A DNA stretch of 45,652 nucleotides. Source: an uncultured Methanosarcinales archaeon (GTDB lineage: Archaea > Nanobdellota > Nanobdellia > Woesearchaeales > JABMPP01). Below the pieces are notes generated by a model, which saw only the letters and a list, made by a program, of their open reading frames with translations, searched no databases and was not told where the DNA came from. Below are positions 10,059 to 18,596 of the stretch, piece after piece. Each line of letters starts with the position of its first letter. Positions within the stretch are counted from its first letter, which is position 1. The stretch is from assembly GCA_964604995.1 (NCBI GenBank), contig CAZSAD010000010.1:1-45652 (forward strand), written 5' to 3'. The position numbers were made by a program, and so were the translations under genes.

Positions 10059-10328
10059 TTACTTTGTGTTTTTTGAGGAATTGTTTTCAATTGAAGGAGA
10101 GTTATTTTTAATCAATTGTGATAACCTTGATGAAAGTTGAGTATTTTTTTCTGCTTGTCTTATTACAGTTTTGAAAAGAATATCTTTTTCTTTTTGTAAA
10201 CCATCTATTATTTTATCTTTTCTTAATAATTCTTCTTCGTAGAATTTTTTCATCCTTGCAACTTTTTCTTTTGCTGTTTCTTTTTTGGATGAATTCAAAA
10301 TTTTGCTATTTTCAGATAATTTAGCCAT
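10059..10328 (-). CDS. Small coiled-coil hypothetical protein
   Basis: ORF of about 89 aa with heptads (EELLRKDKIIDGLQKEKDIL); ATG at 10328, ORF track start 10334. Confidence 0.6.
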   Translation of the reverse strand: MAKLSENSKILNSSKKETAKEKVARMKKFYEEELLRKDKIIDGLQKEKDILFKTVIRQAEKNTQLSSRLSQLIKNNSPSIENNSSKNTK

Positions 10329-10401
10329 TTTCAATCATATTGTAAAGGAAATGAATATGATAAATTGAATAAGAGTTTAATTTAAATTTATTTAAATTAA
10401 A

Positions 10402-10716
10402 TTAACCATAACTTCTCCAGGTATGTTTACATTTTGTGCAGCGATTAAACCTTGTTTCAGGTTCGTCGGCAGCTCTTGTTTGAATATGCCAATAATAAGC
10501 TTCATCATTTTGACATTTATTGCAAATTGTCTTCATTTTTGGAAGCATATCATCTTCGCTTTTTTCTATAATTGGGATTTCATTTGAAATCTTTCCCTTC
10601 TCAGATAATTTAAGAGTTGAATCTTGCGCTTTATCAGAATGACCACAAGAAGAACATTCACTCCCTTTCTTTCCTTTGATTGGTAGCATTAAACTTCCAC
10701 ATTTTGAACAGAACAT
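10402..10716 (-). CDS. tfs: Transcription factor S (TFIIS/RpoM-like)
   Basis: Two Zn ribbons (FCSKCGS...CSSCG; CNKC...CTKC) and the acidic hairpin QTRAADEPET; GAGGTGA RBS. Confidence 0.95.
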   Translation of the reverse strand: MFCSKCGSLMLPIKGKKGSECSSCGHSDKAQDSTLKLSEKGKISNEIPIIEKSEDDMLPKMKTICNKCQNDEAYYWHIQTRAADEPETRFNRCTKCKHTWRSYG

Positions 10717-10741
10717 AATTTCACCTCAATATATTATTTAA

Positions 10742-11383
10742 TTATGGAGTAAACACTCCTGCAATTTTATCAACTAATCTTACAAACCCAATCTTTACCC
10801 AACCAAGATAAGGCACTCTAAAAACTGCTTTGCCCACAACTAATTTATTACTTATTTTATTTTCATTGTAATTTGTAGTTGGATTGTTGTCTCCTTTAGT
10901 TGTAAAGTAAACTTCATTTCCTTCATTCCATTTTTTTATTACCCTATGAATAATAGGGATTGGTTCAGTTGCCCAATACACTATAACATCTCCAACTTTA
11001 AGATTATTTGGATTACTGACACCAACTATTACCATAATATCTCCAGTATTAAAACCATTTTTAAATTTAAAATCTGTGAATTGCGATTTTGAGATATTAT
11101 ATTGTTGGTAGTAATCTTGTTGATAACAAAGTACTCTTTCTTGACAAACAGCCTCATCATTTTGCCACCAATTGTCAAATTCATTGCCATGCTCCATACT
11201 AGAAGACATAACTGCTACTATTGGATGAGTTGTTCCAAAAACTAAGCCTAAACCTGGATAAACTAAAAATTTGATTAGTACAAACGCTATTGCAACATTT
11301 GCAAGCCAACTCCAAATACTATCATCATCCCAAATAAAGTTCCAAAATAACTTCCAGTATTTTTTGAAGGTTTTTACTGCCAT
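10742..11383 (-). CDS. sec11: Signal peptidase I, archaeal/Sec11 type
   Basis: TM segment, VMSSSME (catalytic Ser), GDIMV, IIHRV (His) and TKGDNN. Confidence 0.9.
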   Translation of the reverse strand: MAVKTFKKYWKLFWNFIWDDDSIWSWLANVAIAFVLIKFLVYPGLGLVFGTTHPIVAVMSSSMEHGNEFDNWWQNDEAVCQERVLCYQQDYYQQYNISKSQFTDFKFKNGFNTGDIMVIVGVSNPNNLKVGDVIVYWATEPIPIIHRVIKKWNEGNEVYFTTKGDNNPTTNYNENKISNKLVVGKAVFRVPYLGWVKIGFVRLVDKIAGVFTP

Positions 11384-11599
11384 AGGGTTTGTGTAAAGAA
11401 AGCAGTTAAAAATGTTTGTTTTTTGTTGTTTTTTATTTTATTATTCAAATAACATATTAATTGTGTTAGATTATAAAAAGTGATACGAATACCTTTAATT
11501 AGCATTATCTTTGAAAACTATACAAAAGCAACATTTTTAAGCGAAGTTGTATTCAACAATAATATATTCAAGAACTAAAGAATAACTAAGGAAGAACAA

Positions 11600-12289
11600 A
11601 TGGATAAATCTAAAACAGATGAAAAAAAAGCTGATGAAGGCAATTTTGATGAACATGAACCAATATATTTTGAAAAACCCAAAAAAACACACCTTAATCC
11701 GAAGTATTATGAGGGCATTTTGCAATTAAGGGGTCCGAATGAACAAATCATCAAATTTATAGTTGATTTTCTTAAAGCCAATGAAAAGGTATTTGTTTCT
11801 AAAGAGATTCCTGTTAAAAATGGAGTTGATATATACATATCATCCAACAAATTTTTACAATCACTTGGCAAAAGATTAAAACAGACATTTGGCGGAGAGA
11901 TGGAACTTACAAGAAGAATACATACTAGGAATAGATTAACCAGCAAGGATGTTTATAGATTAACTGTATTGTATATTGCACCAAAGGTAGCTAAAGGAAA
12001 TGTTATTTCAATTGAGAAAAAAATAATCTTAATTTCGACAGTTGAAGAGATGATTCATGGAATTGATTTAGTAACTGGAAATAAAGTCTCAACTAAGTAC
12101 AAGAAAAAAGAGATGGAAATTCTAGAAAAACAAAAAACAAAAATAAGTAAAATTTATCCACAAGTAGAAGTTTTAGATCCTGAAAATTTTCAAAGCGTAA
12201 GAATAATGAATCCTAAAAGATACAAAAGCCAAGCACTTGGAGAAAATGTTTCAATTGTAATTCATAAGGGTATTTATTTGGTCGATTAA
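11600..12289 (+). CDS. NMD3-related ribosome biogenesis protein lacking the N-terminal zinc-binding region
   Basis: YYEGILQLR, NGVDIYISS, RNRLTSKDVYRLTV and EVLDPENFQ match the archaeal NMD3 core. The protein has no Cys. Confidence 0.75.
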   Translation: MDKSKTDEKKADEGNFDEHEPIYFEKPKKTHLNPKYYEGILQLRGPNEQIIKFIVDFLKANEKVFVSKEIPVKNGVDIYISSNKFLQSLGKRLKQTFGGEMELTRRIHTRNRLTSKDVYRLTVLYIAPKVAKGNVISIEKKIILISTVEEMIHGIDLVTGNKVSTKYKKKEMEILEKQKTKISKIYPQVEVLDPENFQSVRIMNPKRYKSQALGENVSIVIHKGIYLVD

Positions 12290-12374
12290 AATAAATTGAT
12301 GTTTGATTAATATCAATTTTATTACAAGATGTAACTAAAAAAGCAATATATTTTTAAAAAAGGAATATGCTTTA

Positions 12375-13778
12375 TTAAGAATTGTTTCTTTCGCGTAAAA
12401 AATCATTTAAGACTTTTTCTAGGATAGTTAACTTTGATTTTGCAATTTCAAATTGTTTTTGGTCCACGAGTGCAAAATCGTCTGTTTGTGCAAAAATTTT
12501 AACATCATTTATTGATAAAACTAAAAAGTGTTCTGATATTAGTTTACTTTTATTTGAAACAATTAAATATTTAAATTTGTCTTTTAGTGCCAAAAGAGCC
12601 TTTTCTGATAGAATGGTTGAGTTGCAAACTATTAATGCTTCTTCTTGGTCAACTGGCAGTTGACTAATTGTTTGCATAACGCAAGATAGACTTAAATTTA
12701 CTATTTTTCTTATAACTAACCCTTTTGAAGAATTTGATAGAAAAGAATTTAATGTCCCTATCTGCTCATGCATTGAAGTTATTTGTGATTCTTTAGCTTT
12801 TAATGTATTTGAAAGAGTAGAAATTTTTTTGTCTTTTAGTCCTAAAGCATTTGTTTGTAAATTGAAATGCTCATTAATTTGTGAATTTTGTTTCTGATTT
12901 AAATTATGTAAAATATTAGAATTTTGATGAGAATTGGTGTTGAAATTTAGGTCGGAATTGGATTTATAAATTTGGTGATAGTTGGAAATATCTTTTGGGT
13001 TTGCTATTAAAATTATATCATTCAATTTTGTTTGAAGTTTGTAAATTTTAGATGATAAATGTTGATTTTCATCTCTTAACTTTGTATTAGATTGCCTAAG
13101 TATTTTGTTTTCGTTAATTAACATCTGCATTTTATTTTTGACTGTTTTTTGAAAAGGTTTATTCTGTTGTGAATCTTTTTGTAAGTTATTTGAAAAATTA
13201 TTTGAGTTGGAATTTAAACTGGATAAAGTGTTATTTGAAAAAGAATTGTTATTCTGATTTGCAAAGTTGATAATGGGACTAATAGAGGTATTCTGCTCTA
13301 GATCAAGAATTTCTTTAGCTTTTTGAAAAGAACTGTTTTCATCTTTAATTAGTGTTTCTTTTATACGCTCAATTATTTTTCCTTGTTCATATTTTTCTAT
13401 AAAAAATTCTATTTTTTGTAATCTTGGCTTTAAATTTTTGTAAGCGTGTAATGCTGCAGCCAGAGCATCTGATTCATGAATGTTTTTAACACTATAATCT
13501 TTTGCAAGAATCCTTTTTTCATCAGCTGATAAATCTTTATTAGGAAGTATTAATTTTGCACCGATACTTGAAGCTATTTTAGCTGCAGCATGTGGACTTT
13601 TATGTTTATCTGCAGCAACTATAATGATTCTTCCATAATTGGTTATTTCTAAGAGTAAAGAACTGAATGTGTGCTCTTTTGTTGAATTTGCTTTGATTAA
13701 ATTGCCTTCTAAATCTAAAAGTGCATAACCGACTGTAGTTCCGGGATCAAACCCTAGTATGAGAAGTTTTCTTTCCAT
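12375..13778 (-). CDS. DUF460-family protein (RNase H-like N-terminus plus coiled coil) with Asn-rich insertions
   Basis: ILGFDPGTTVGYALLDLEG and HESDALAAALHAY motifs followed by a coiled coil. Confidence 0.85.
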   Translation of the reverse strand: MERKLLILGFDPGTTVGYALLDLEGNLIKANSTKEHTFSSLLLEITNYGRIIIVAADKHKSPHAAAKIASSIGAKLILPNKDLSADEKRILAKDYSVKNIHESDALAAALHAYKNLKPRLQKIEFFIEKYEQGKIIERIKETLIKDENSSFQKAKEILDLEQNTSISPIINFANQNNNSFSNNTLSSLNSNSNNFSNNLQKDSQQNKPFQKTVKNKMQMLINENKILRQSNTKLRDENQHLSSKIYKLQTKLNDIILIANPKDISNYHQIYKSNSDLNFNTNSHQNSNILHNLNQKQNSQINEHFNLQTNALGLKDKKISTLSNTLKAKESQITSMHEQIGTLNSFLSNSSKGLVIRKIVNLSLSCVMQTISQLPVDQEEALIVCNSTILSEKALLALKDKFKYLIVSNKSKLISEHFLVLSINDVKIFAQTDDFALVDQKQFEIAKSKLTILEKVLNDFLRERNNS

Positions 13779-13839
13779 CTAAAAAACACAATAACCTGAA
13801 AATATTTAAATCCTCTTATTAGAAAGATTAGAACACTAA

Positions 13840-14613
13840 TTAATTCAAAATAAGAATATTGCCTCTTCCTTTTTTTATTTTTTTGATTATGCCCTTTTCT
13901 TCTAGCTCAGATATCATTAAACTTACCTTTGCTTCTGATAGTGAGATTTCTTTGCGAATATCCTTTTGTGTTATTCTGCCACCATTTTTTTTCATGATTT
14001 TGATTATTAATTCAATGTCTTCTTTAGTTTCATCTTTTGCTTTAAGAGCATCTTTCGTTTTTGAATTTGGATTTTCATGTTTTGATTTTTTAATTAAAAA
14101 ATAAGAAATCCAAATAATAAAAAGACCAATTATTGCCCCTGTGCCATATATGAAATAAGATTTATTTTGCTCAAAAAAACTAGGATTAGCTGGAACAATG
14201 ATTTCTGTTTGATTTTTAGGTATTGATTTTAAAAATAAATCCCTAAGATATTTTCCATTATCATTTATTACAATTATTTCTTCTGCATGAAATGTTTCAG
14301 TTTGTGAATCAAAAGATGCTGAAATATTGTATGTTCCTGGAGGAATACTAAATAAGAAAGTACCATCTCTTGCTAAAAATCTTTGTATAGGAGTAGTATT
14401 TATCTCTATTAATACATCTTTTATTGGCCTAATTTCTTGATCATAAGTTGTGCCCCTAATTGTTGCTGCTTGAACATTATATGGCAAAAGTGTAATAAAA
14501 AAAAAGAATAGAAGAGTAATTGTTAAAAAAATATTTTTAGTTGATGGATTAGTTTTAGTTAGTAAATTGCTACTAACAAAAAGATTGTATTTTTTAAAAT
14601 TAATCAACCCCAT
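13840..14613 (-). CDS. Membrane-anchored protein with an extracellular beta-sandwich (carboxypeptidase-regulatory-like) domain and a cytoplasmic wHTH (COG2512-like)
   Basis: Signal-like segment, ATIRGTTYD...DGTFLFSIPPGTYNISA, a TM helix, then GGRITQKDIRKEISLSEAKVSLMISELEEKGIIKKIKKGRGN. Confidence 0.8.
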   Translation of the reverse strand: MGLINFKKYNLFVSSNLLTKTNPSTKNIFLTITLLFFFFITLLPYNVQAATIRGTTYDQEIRPIKDVLIEINTTPIQRFLARDGTFLFSIPPGTYNISASFDSQTETFHAEEIIVINDNGKYLRDLFLKSIPKNQTEIIVPANPSFFEQNKSYFIYGTGAIIGLFIIWISYFLIKKSKHENPNSKTKDALKAKDETKEDIELIIKIMKKNGGRITQKDIRKEISLSEAKVSLMISELEEKGIIKKIKKGRGNILILN

Positions 14614-14807
14614 AAAGCATTGTTGCCCTCAGGGGTATAAAAAGGTTTGTATGTAAAATATGATAAAATAGATAATAAAAACCTTAATAAGTTATAAAAA
14701 AGTAATAGAAGTTCAAATAGAACTCCATGAAGTTTTAAACAATAGCATAAAGTTTTAAAATTTGAAAAAAACAAGCATCTTTATAAACAAAATAGACTTA
14801 TTACACA

Positions 14808-14898
14808 TTAGCCAGTAAAACTACTGGTCTAGGCTATCATAAAATGTTTTGGTGTATGAGCGTTATTCGCGCACTTTTTTTCTTTTTTTTCTTTTTTA
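14808..14898 (+). ncRNA. Candidate small structured RNA with a U-rich terminator upstream of rtcA
   Basis: TTTATAAA box at about 14780, hairpin CCAGTA-aaac-TACTGG, complementary TAGCC/GGCTA, stem GCG-ttatt-CGC, then a long T tract. Locally GC-enriched. No known family recognised. Confidence 0.3.
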
Positions 14899-14987
14899 AA
14901 CTATTTACATCTAGAAATTATTAAAATAAACAACATTTCTTTGATTTTGCCAAAAGAGTTTTATATCTAAGTAGTTAATCTAATTAG

Positions 14988-16079
14988 ATGATTGAAATTG
15001 ATGGTTCTTATGGAGAAGGTGGAGGCCAAATAATTAGAACAAGTCTGGCTTTAAGTGTTATTACTAAAGAGCCTTTTACAATAACAAAAATAAGAAACCT
15101 TAGACCTAATCCTGGCTTACAAGCACAGCATTTAGCATGCATTAAAGCTGCTAGCAACATATGTGATGCAAAAGTTAATAATGCTACTTTAGGGGCAACT
15201 AGCTTTGAATTTTATCCGAATAAACTTCAAGCTAAAAACTTTAGTTTAGATATTGAAACAGCAGGATCAATAACTTTAGTTATGCAATCATTTTTACTGC
15301 CATTACTGCTTACAAATAAAAAATCAAAGATTGAAATTATTGGCGGGACAGATGTTAAATGGAGCATGAGCTTTGATTATTATAATAATATTGTACTACC
15401 ACATCTTAAACAGCTTGCAGAAGTAGATTTAAAAATATTAAAAAGAGGATATTATCCAACTGGTCAAGGAAAGATTGAAATTGTAGTTAAACCAAAAATA
15501 AAAATTGCTGATTTTGAAGATTTTACATTTGTCAAAGAAGAATTATCAAAAGTTGAGAAAATAAAACTTTCGAAAAGAGGAAAATTACTAAAAATTAGAG
15601 GGATTTCTTATGCTAATTCAAATTTGCAAAACACAAATGTTGCTGAAAGAGTGGCAAGTGCTGCATCAGTAGTTTTAAAAAAATTAAATTGCCCAATAGA
15701 TATTATTGCGCAGTATTCCAATTCTGAATCAATTGGCTGCGGAATTTTTTTGATGGCACAATTTGCAAATGATATTGGTGAAATTGATTTAATAAATCCA
15801 ATTGCGCTTGGATCGGATGAATTAGGAGATAAAACTAAAACAAGCGAAACTATTGGTGAACAGGCTGCTAGAAAACTTATTTTTGAGATAGAAAGCAATG
15901 CTTGCGTAGATGAACATTTAGCTGATAACTTAATTCCACTTCTAGGATTGATTGGTGGAGAAATTAAAGTTAGTACAATAACAAAACATTGTTTAACAAA
16001 TATTTATGTAACAGAAAAAATTTTAGGATGTAAATTTAGTATTGTTGAAAATATTATAAAAAGAGAAGAAATATTATAA
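14988..16079 (+). CDS. rtcA: RNA 3'-terminal phosphate cyclase
   Basis: IDGSYGEGGGQIIRT, RPNPGLQAQH, GGTDV, RGYYPTGQG and VDEHLADNL (catalytic His). Confidence 0.95.
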   Translation: MIEIDGSYGEGGGQIIRTSLALSVITKEPFTITKIRNLRPNPGLQAQHLACIKAASNICDAKVNNATLGATSFEFYPNKLQAKNFSLDIETAGSITLVMQSFLLPLLLTNKKSKIEIIGGTDVKWSMSFDYYNNIVLPHLKQLAEVDLKILKRGYYPTGQGKIEIVVKPKIKIADFEDFTFVKEELSKVEKIKLSKRGKLLKIRGISYANSNLQNTNVAERVASAASVVLKKLNCPIDIIAQYSNSESIGCGIFLMAQFANDIGEIDLINPIALGSDELGDKTKTSETIGEQAARKLIFEIESNACVDEHLADNLIPLLGLIGGEIKVSTITKHCLTNIYVTEKILGCKFSIVENIIKREEIL

Positions 16080-16086
16080 AGATTAT

Positions 16087-18546
16087 TTAACTTAATAATG
16101 CCAAATCAATTTCTGCTTTAATATCTTGAATTTCATATTTTAACATTTCTTTTTTGTGCTCATCTAAATACAAAGAATCGTATACATACTTTGCTTGAAT
16201 CAAGGTATTTTGTGCATCTGGAATACTTTTTTGACGAACTAAAGTTCTTGCTTGCGCTAAAAGGGAAGTTATTTGTTGCAATTTAAGTTGAGTATCTGCG
16301 CCTTGCGATTCACCAACAACAGGAGGGAGCTCTTTTAAATTTGATGAACCTAGATTAGTTTCTTGCATTGCAAAATTAATTGCCAATTTGACTTCATCTT
16401 CGCTCCAGCCTGCACCTTGAAGAGCATTAATTATTCTTTCTTGTTTAAATCCTTTTTTCAAATGTTTTTTGATGTATGTAACAAGCTCAGAATTAACTGA
16501 TTCTTCCGCACTACTAGAAAAGGATTTACTTGAAGAGGTATCGCCAATGTCTTTGAGTATTTCTTCCATATATTTTTTGAATTCATCATCTTCAAGACCC
16601 TTGTAATCACTGTTAAGCTTTGCTTCTTTGGCTTTTACTTGCAAGTCTTGAGTAGTTAATTTAGATTCAGTATCTTTTAATTGCGATTCTTTTTGTGTTA
16701 ATTGCTGCTCTTTTTCACTTAATTTTGTTTCTTTTTCTTTAAACTGCACTTCTTTAGCTGTTAATTGGGATTCTTTATCAGTTAATGATAGATCTTTATT
16801 TTTTAATTTGGATTCTGTTTCATTAAGTTGAGATTCTTTTATTTTGAAAGAATTATCTTTTTCTTGTAATTGTTTTTCACTTGCAATAATTGAATTTTCC
16901 CTTAAATCCAAGCTTGATTTTCTTTGGTCTAAAACTTGCCTATCTGCGTAGATTTGTTCAGCTAAAACTTTTGTTTTGTCTAATTGCTCAGATTTTTGTT
17001 TAATGTCTAATCTTACAGAATCAATTTGCGATTTTAATTTATCTAATTGTTTTATTTTTTCGTCAGCTGATTTAATTTTCTGATCAACTGCCCTTTCTTT
17101 TTCATCTAATAATTCATTATTTTCTTGCATTAATTGATGTTTTTGATTTAATTCATCATTTAGCGATTTTATTTCAGATTTCAATTTTGAAACTTCATTT
17201 TTCAAATTTAAAATATCTTTTTGTAACTGTTCTTTCCTATCAATTAATTTTTGTGTTGATTTGGTAGGCATTTTATTTAATTTTTCATTTTTATTGAATT
17301 CTTCAACATTTTTTATTATGTTAAGAGAAGGAATTGCAAAATCTTGCAAAGTTTCTGGCAAGTATTTTGAGGATTTGTCAGAATTTGATTGGTCTAAAGA
17401 AACTGCTGGGAATCTTTTTGGATCATCTTCAACTAAACCTAATTCTTTTAGAATTTGCGGTTTTTGCTTTGTGGTTAAATTTTGATTTGATTCAATTGGA
17501 ATTGGTGTTACTTGTTTAAATGATTCTTGCAAGTTTAAAGGTTCCATTTCTGGTAACTGTGAAAAATCAGGTAAATCTAAACTGGAGGAACTTGATTTTG
17601 TTTGAGTGTTAGTTAATGTTTTTGGTTTTTCAACAAAAGAATCATCTAGCATTTTTGGCATTTCTTGTTCTTTTAATTTTTCATCTGTTTTTTCCTTTTT
17701 GTTTTTTGTAAAAACATCAAAAAGTTTCCATTTGCCTGCTTCTTTTTTGGTATCAACTGTTGGTTGTTTTAACATATCTTCTTGATCGATATTTTCTTCT
17801 TCGTCTTTAAGTTCGTGTTTTAAATCTTCTAAATCAGATATATCAAATTCTTGGGATTTTTCCAAATCACTTTTTAGATAATCTTCATTTGACTTTGAGG
17901 ATAATATCAAACCATCAAAAATTCCCTGCATTTTTTTGTCAGATTGTGTTAATTTTTTATCTAAATTAATCATTAATTGTTCATTAGTTTTACTGGACGG
18001 AAATTGAGGTGTCTCTTGTGAAAAATTTAAATCAGAAGAACTATCTTTAGAAACATCCTTGTTTTTATTTACATCTTCAAGTTTGTTAGTATCTTCACCA
18101 AATATACTTTCAAAATCAGCTGGTGCAAACTGATCATCAGTTATATTGATTTTTTCACTGAATAAATCAGAATCATTTTTAGCACTTTCTTTTTTCTTGA
18201 ATAAATTTAAGAAACTAAATTTTTTTCTAGATTTAGATTTAACATCTTGGGTAATTTTAGTATCAGTTGACATCGAAGAGATTGGTGGCATTGGTGGTTC
18301 AGGAGGAAGGGGTGCTTCAGGGGGCATTGGTGGTTCAGGTGGTTGAGGTGGCATTAAATTTTCATTTGAATCATTAAGAAAATTTAATTCTGAATCTTTA
18401 GGGCCAAATGATTCTTCATCCATAACTGGTTTTGGCAATTCAACTTTATTTAATTTAGAAGTGTTAGATATGGGTGAAGTGTTAAATTTAGGTATGACAC
18501 TTGAAGTATTGTCTTTTTTTTCCCTTGCTTTTGAGAGTAGTCCCAT
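16087..18546 (-). CDS. Large disordered/coiled-coil protein (819 aa) with Pro-rich repeat, amphipathic motifs and C-terminal helical domains
   Basis: PPEPPMPP x2, KKFSFLNLFKKK, KWKLFDVF, about 220 aa of heptads (KESQL repeats), YIKKHLKKGF...LQGAGWSEDEV domain and a terminal helical bundle. Confidence 0.8.
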   Translation of the reverse strand: MGLLSKAREKKDNTSSVIPKFNTSPISNTSKLNKVELPKPVMDEESFGPKDSELNFLNDSNENLMPPQPPEPPMPPEAPLPPEPPMPPISSMSTDTKITQDVKSKSRKKFSFLNLFKKKESAKNDSDLFSEKINITDDQFAPADFESIFGEDTNKLEDVNKNKDVSKDSSSDLNFSQETPQFPSSKTNEQLMINLDKKLTQSDKKMQGIFDGLILSSKSNEDYLKSDLEKSQEFDISDLEDLKHELKDEEENIDQEDMLKQPTVDTKKEAGKWKLFDVFTKNKKEKTDEKLKEQEMPKMLDDSFVEKPKTLTNTQTKSSSSSLDLPDFSQLPEMEPLNLQESFKQVTPIPIESNQNLTTKQKPQILKELGLVEDDPKRFPAVSLDQSNSDKSSKYLPETLQDFAIPSLNIIKNVEEFNKNEKLNKMPTKSTQKLIDRKEQLQKDILNLKNEVSKLKSEIKSLNDELNQKHQLMQENNELLDEKERAVDQKIKSADEKIKQLDKLKSQIDSVRLDIKQKSEQLDKTKVLAEQIYADRQVLDQRKSSLDLRENSIIASEKQLQEKDNSFKIKESQLNETESKLKNKDLSLTDKESQLTAKEVQFKEKETKLSEKEQQLTQKESQLKDTESKLTTQDLQVKAKEAKLNSDYKGLEDDEFKKYMEEILKDIGDTSSSKSFSSSAEESVNSELVTYIKKHLKKGFKQERIINALQGAGWSEDEVKLAINFAMQETNLGSSNLKELPPVVGESQGADTQLKLQQITSLLAQARTLVRQKSIPDAQNTLIQAKYVYDSLYLDEHKKEMLKYEIQDIKAEIDLALLS

Positions 18547-18596
18547 TTGTGTTATCCCTTACAATGCCATTATGATAATTATTTAGATTTACCCAT

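Noticed and set aside
12860..13270. Asn-rich stretches in DUF460 as an intein or separate domain
   Set aside because: They are low-complexity expansions with no intein splice-junction or LAGLIDADG motifs.
14808..14875. Possible tRNA or split-tRNA half
   Set aside because: No TTCRA T-loop, D-loop GG or acceptor stem was found. It is kept only as a generic ncRNA candidate.
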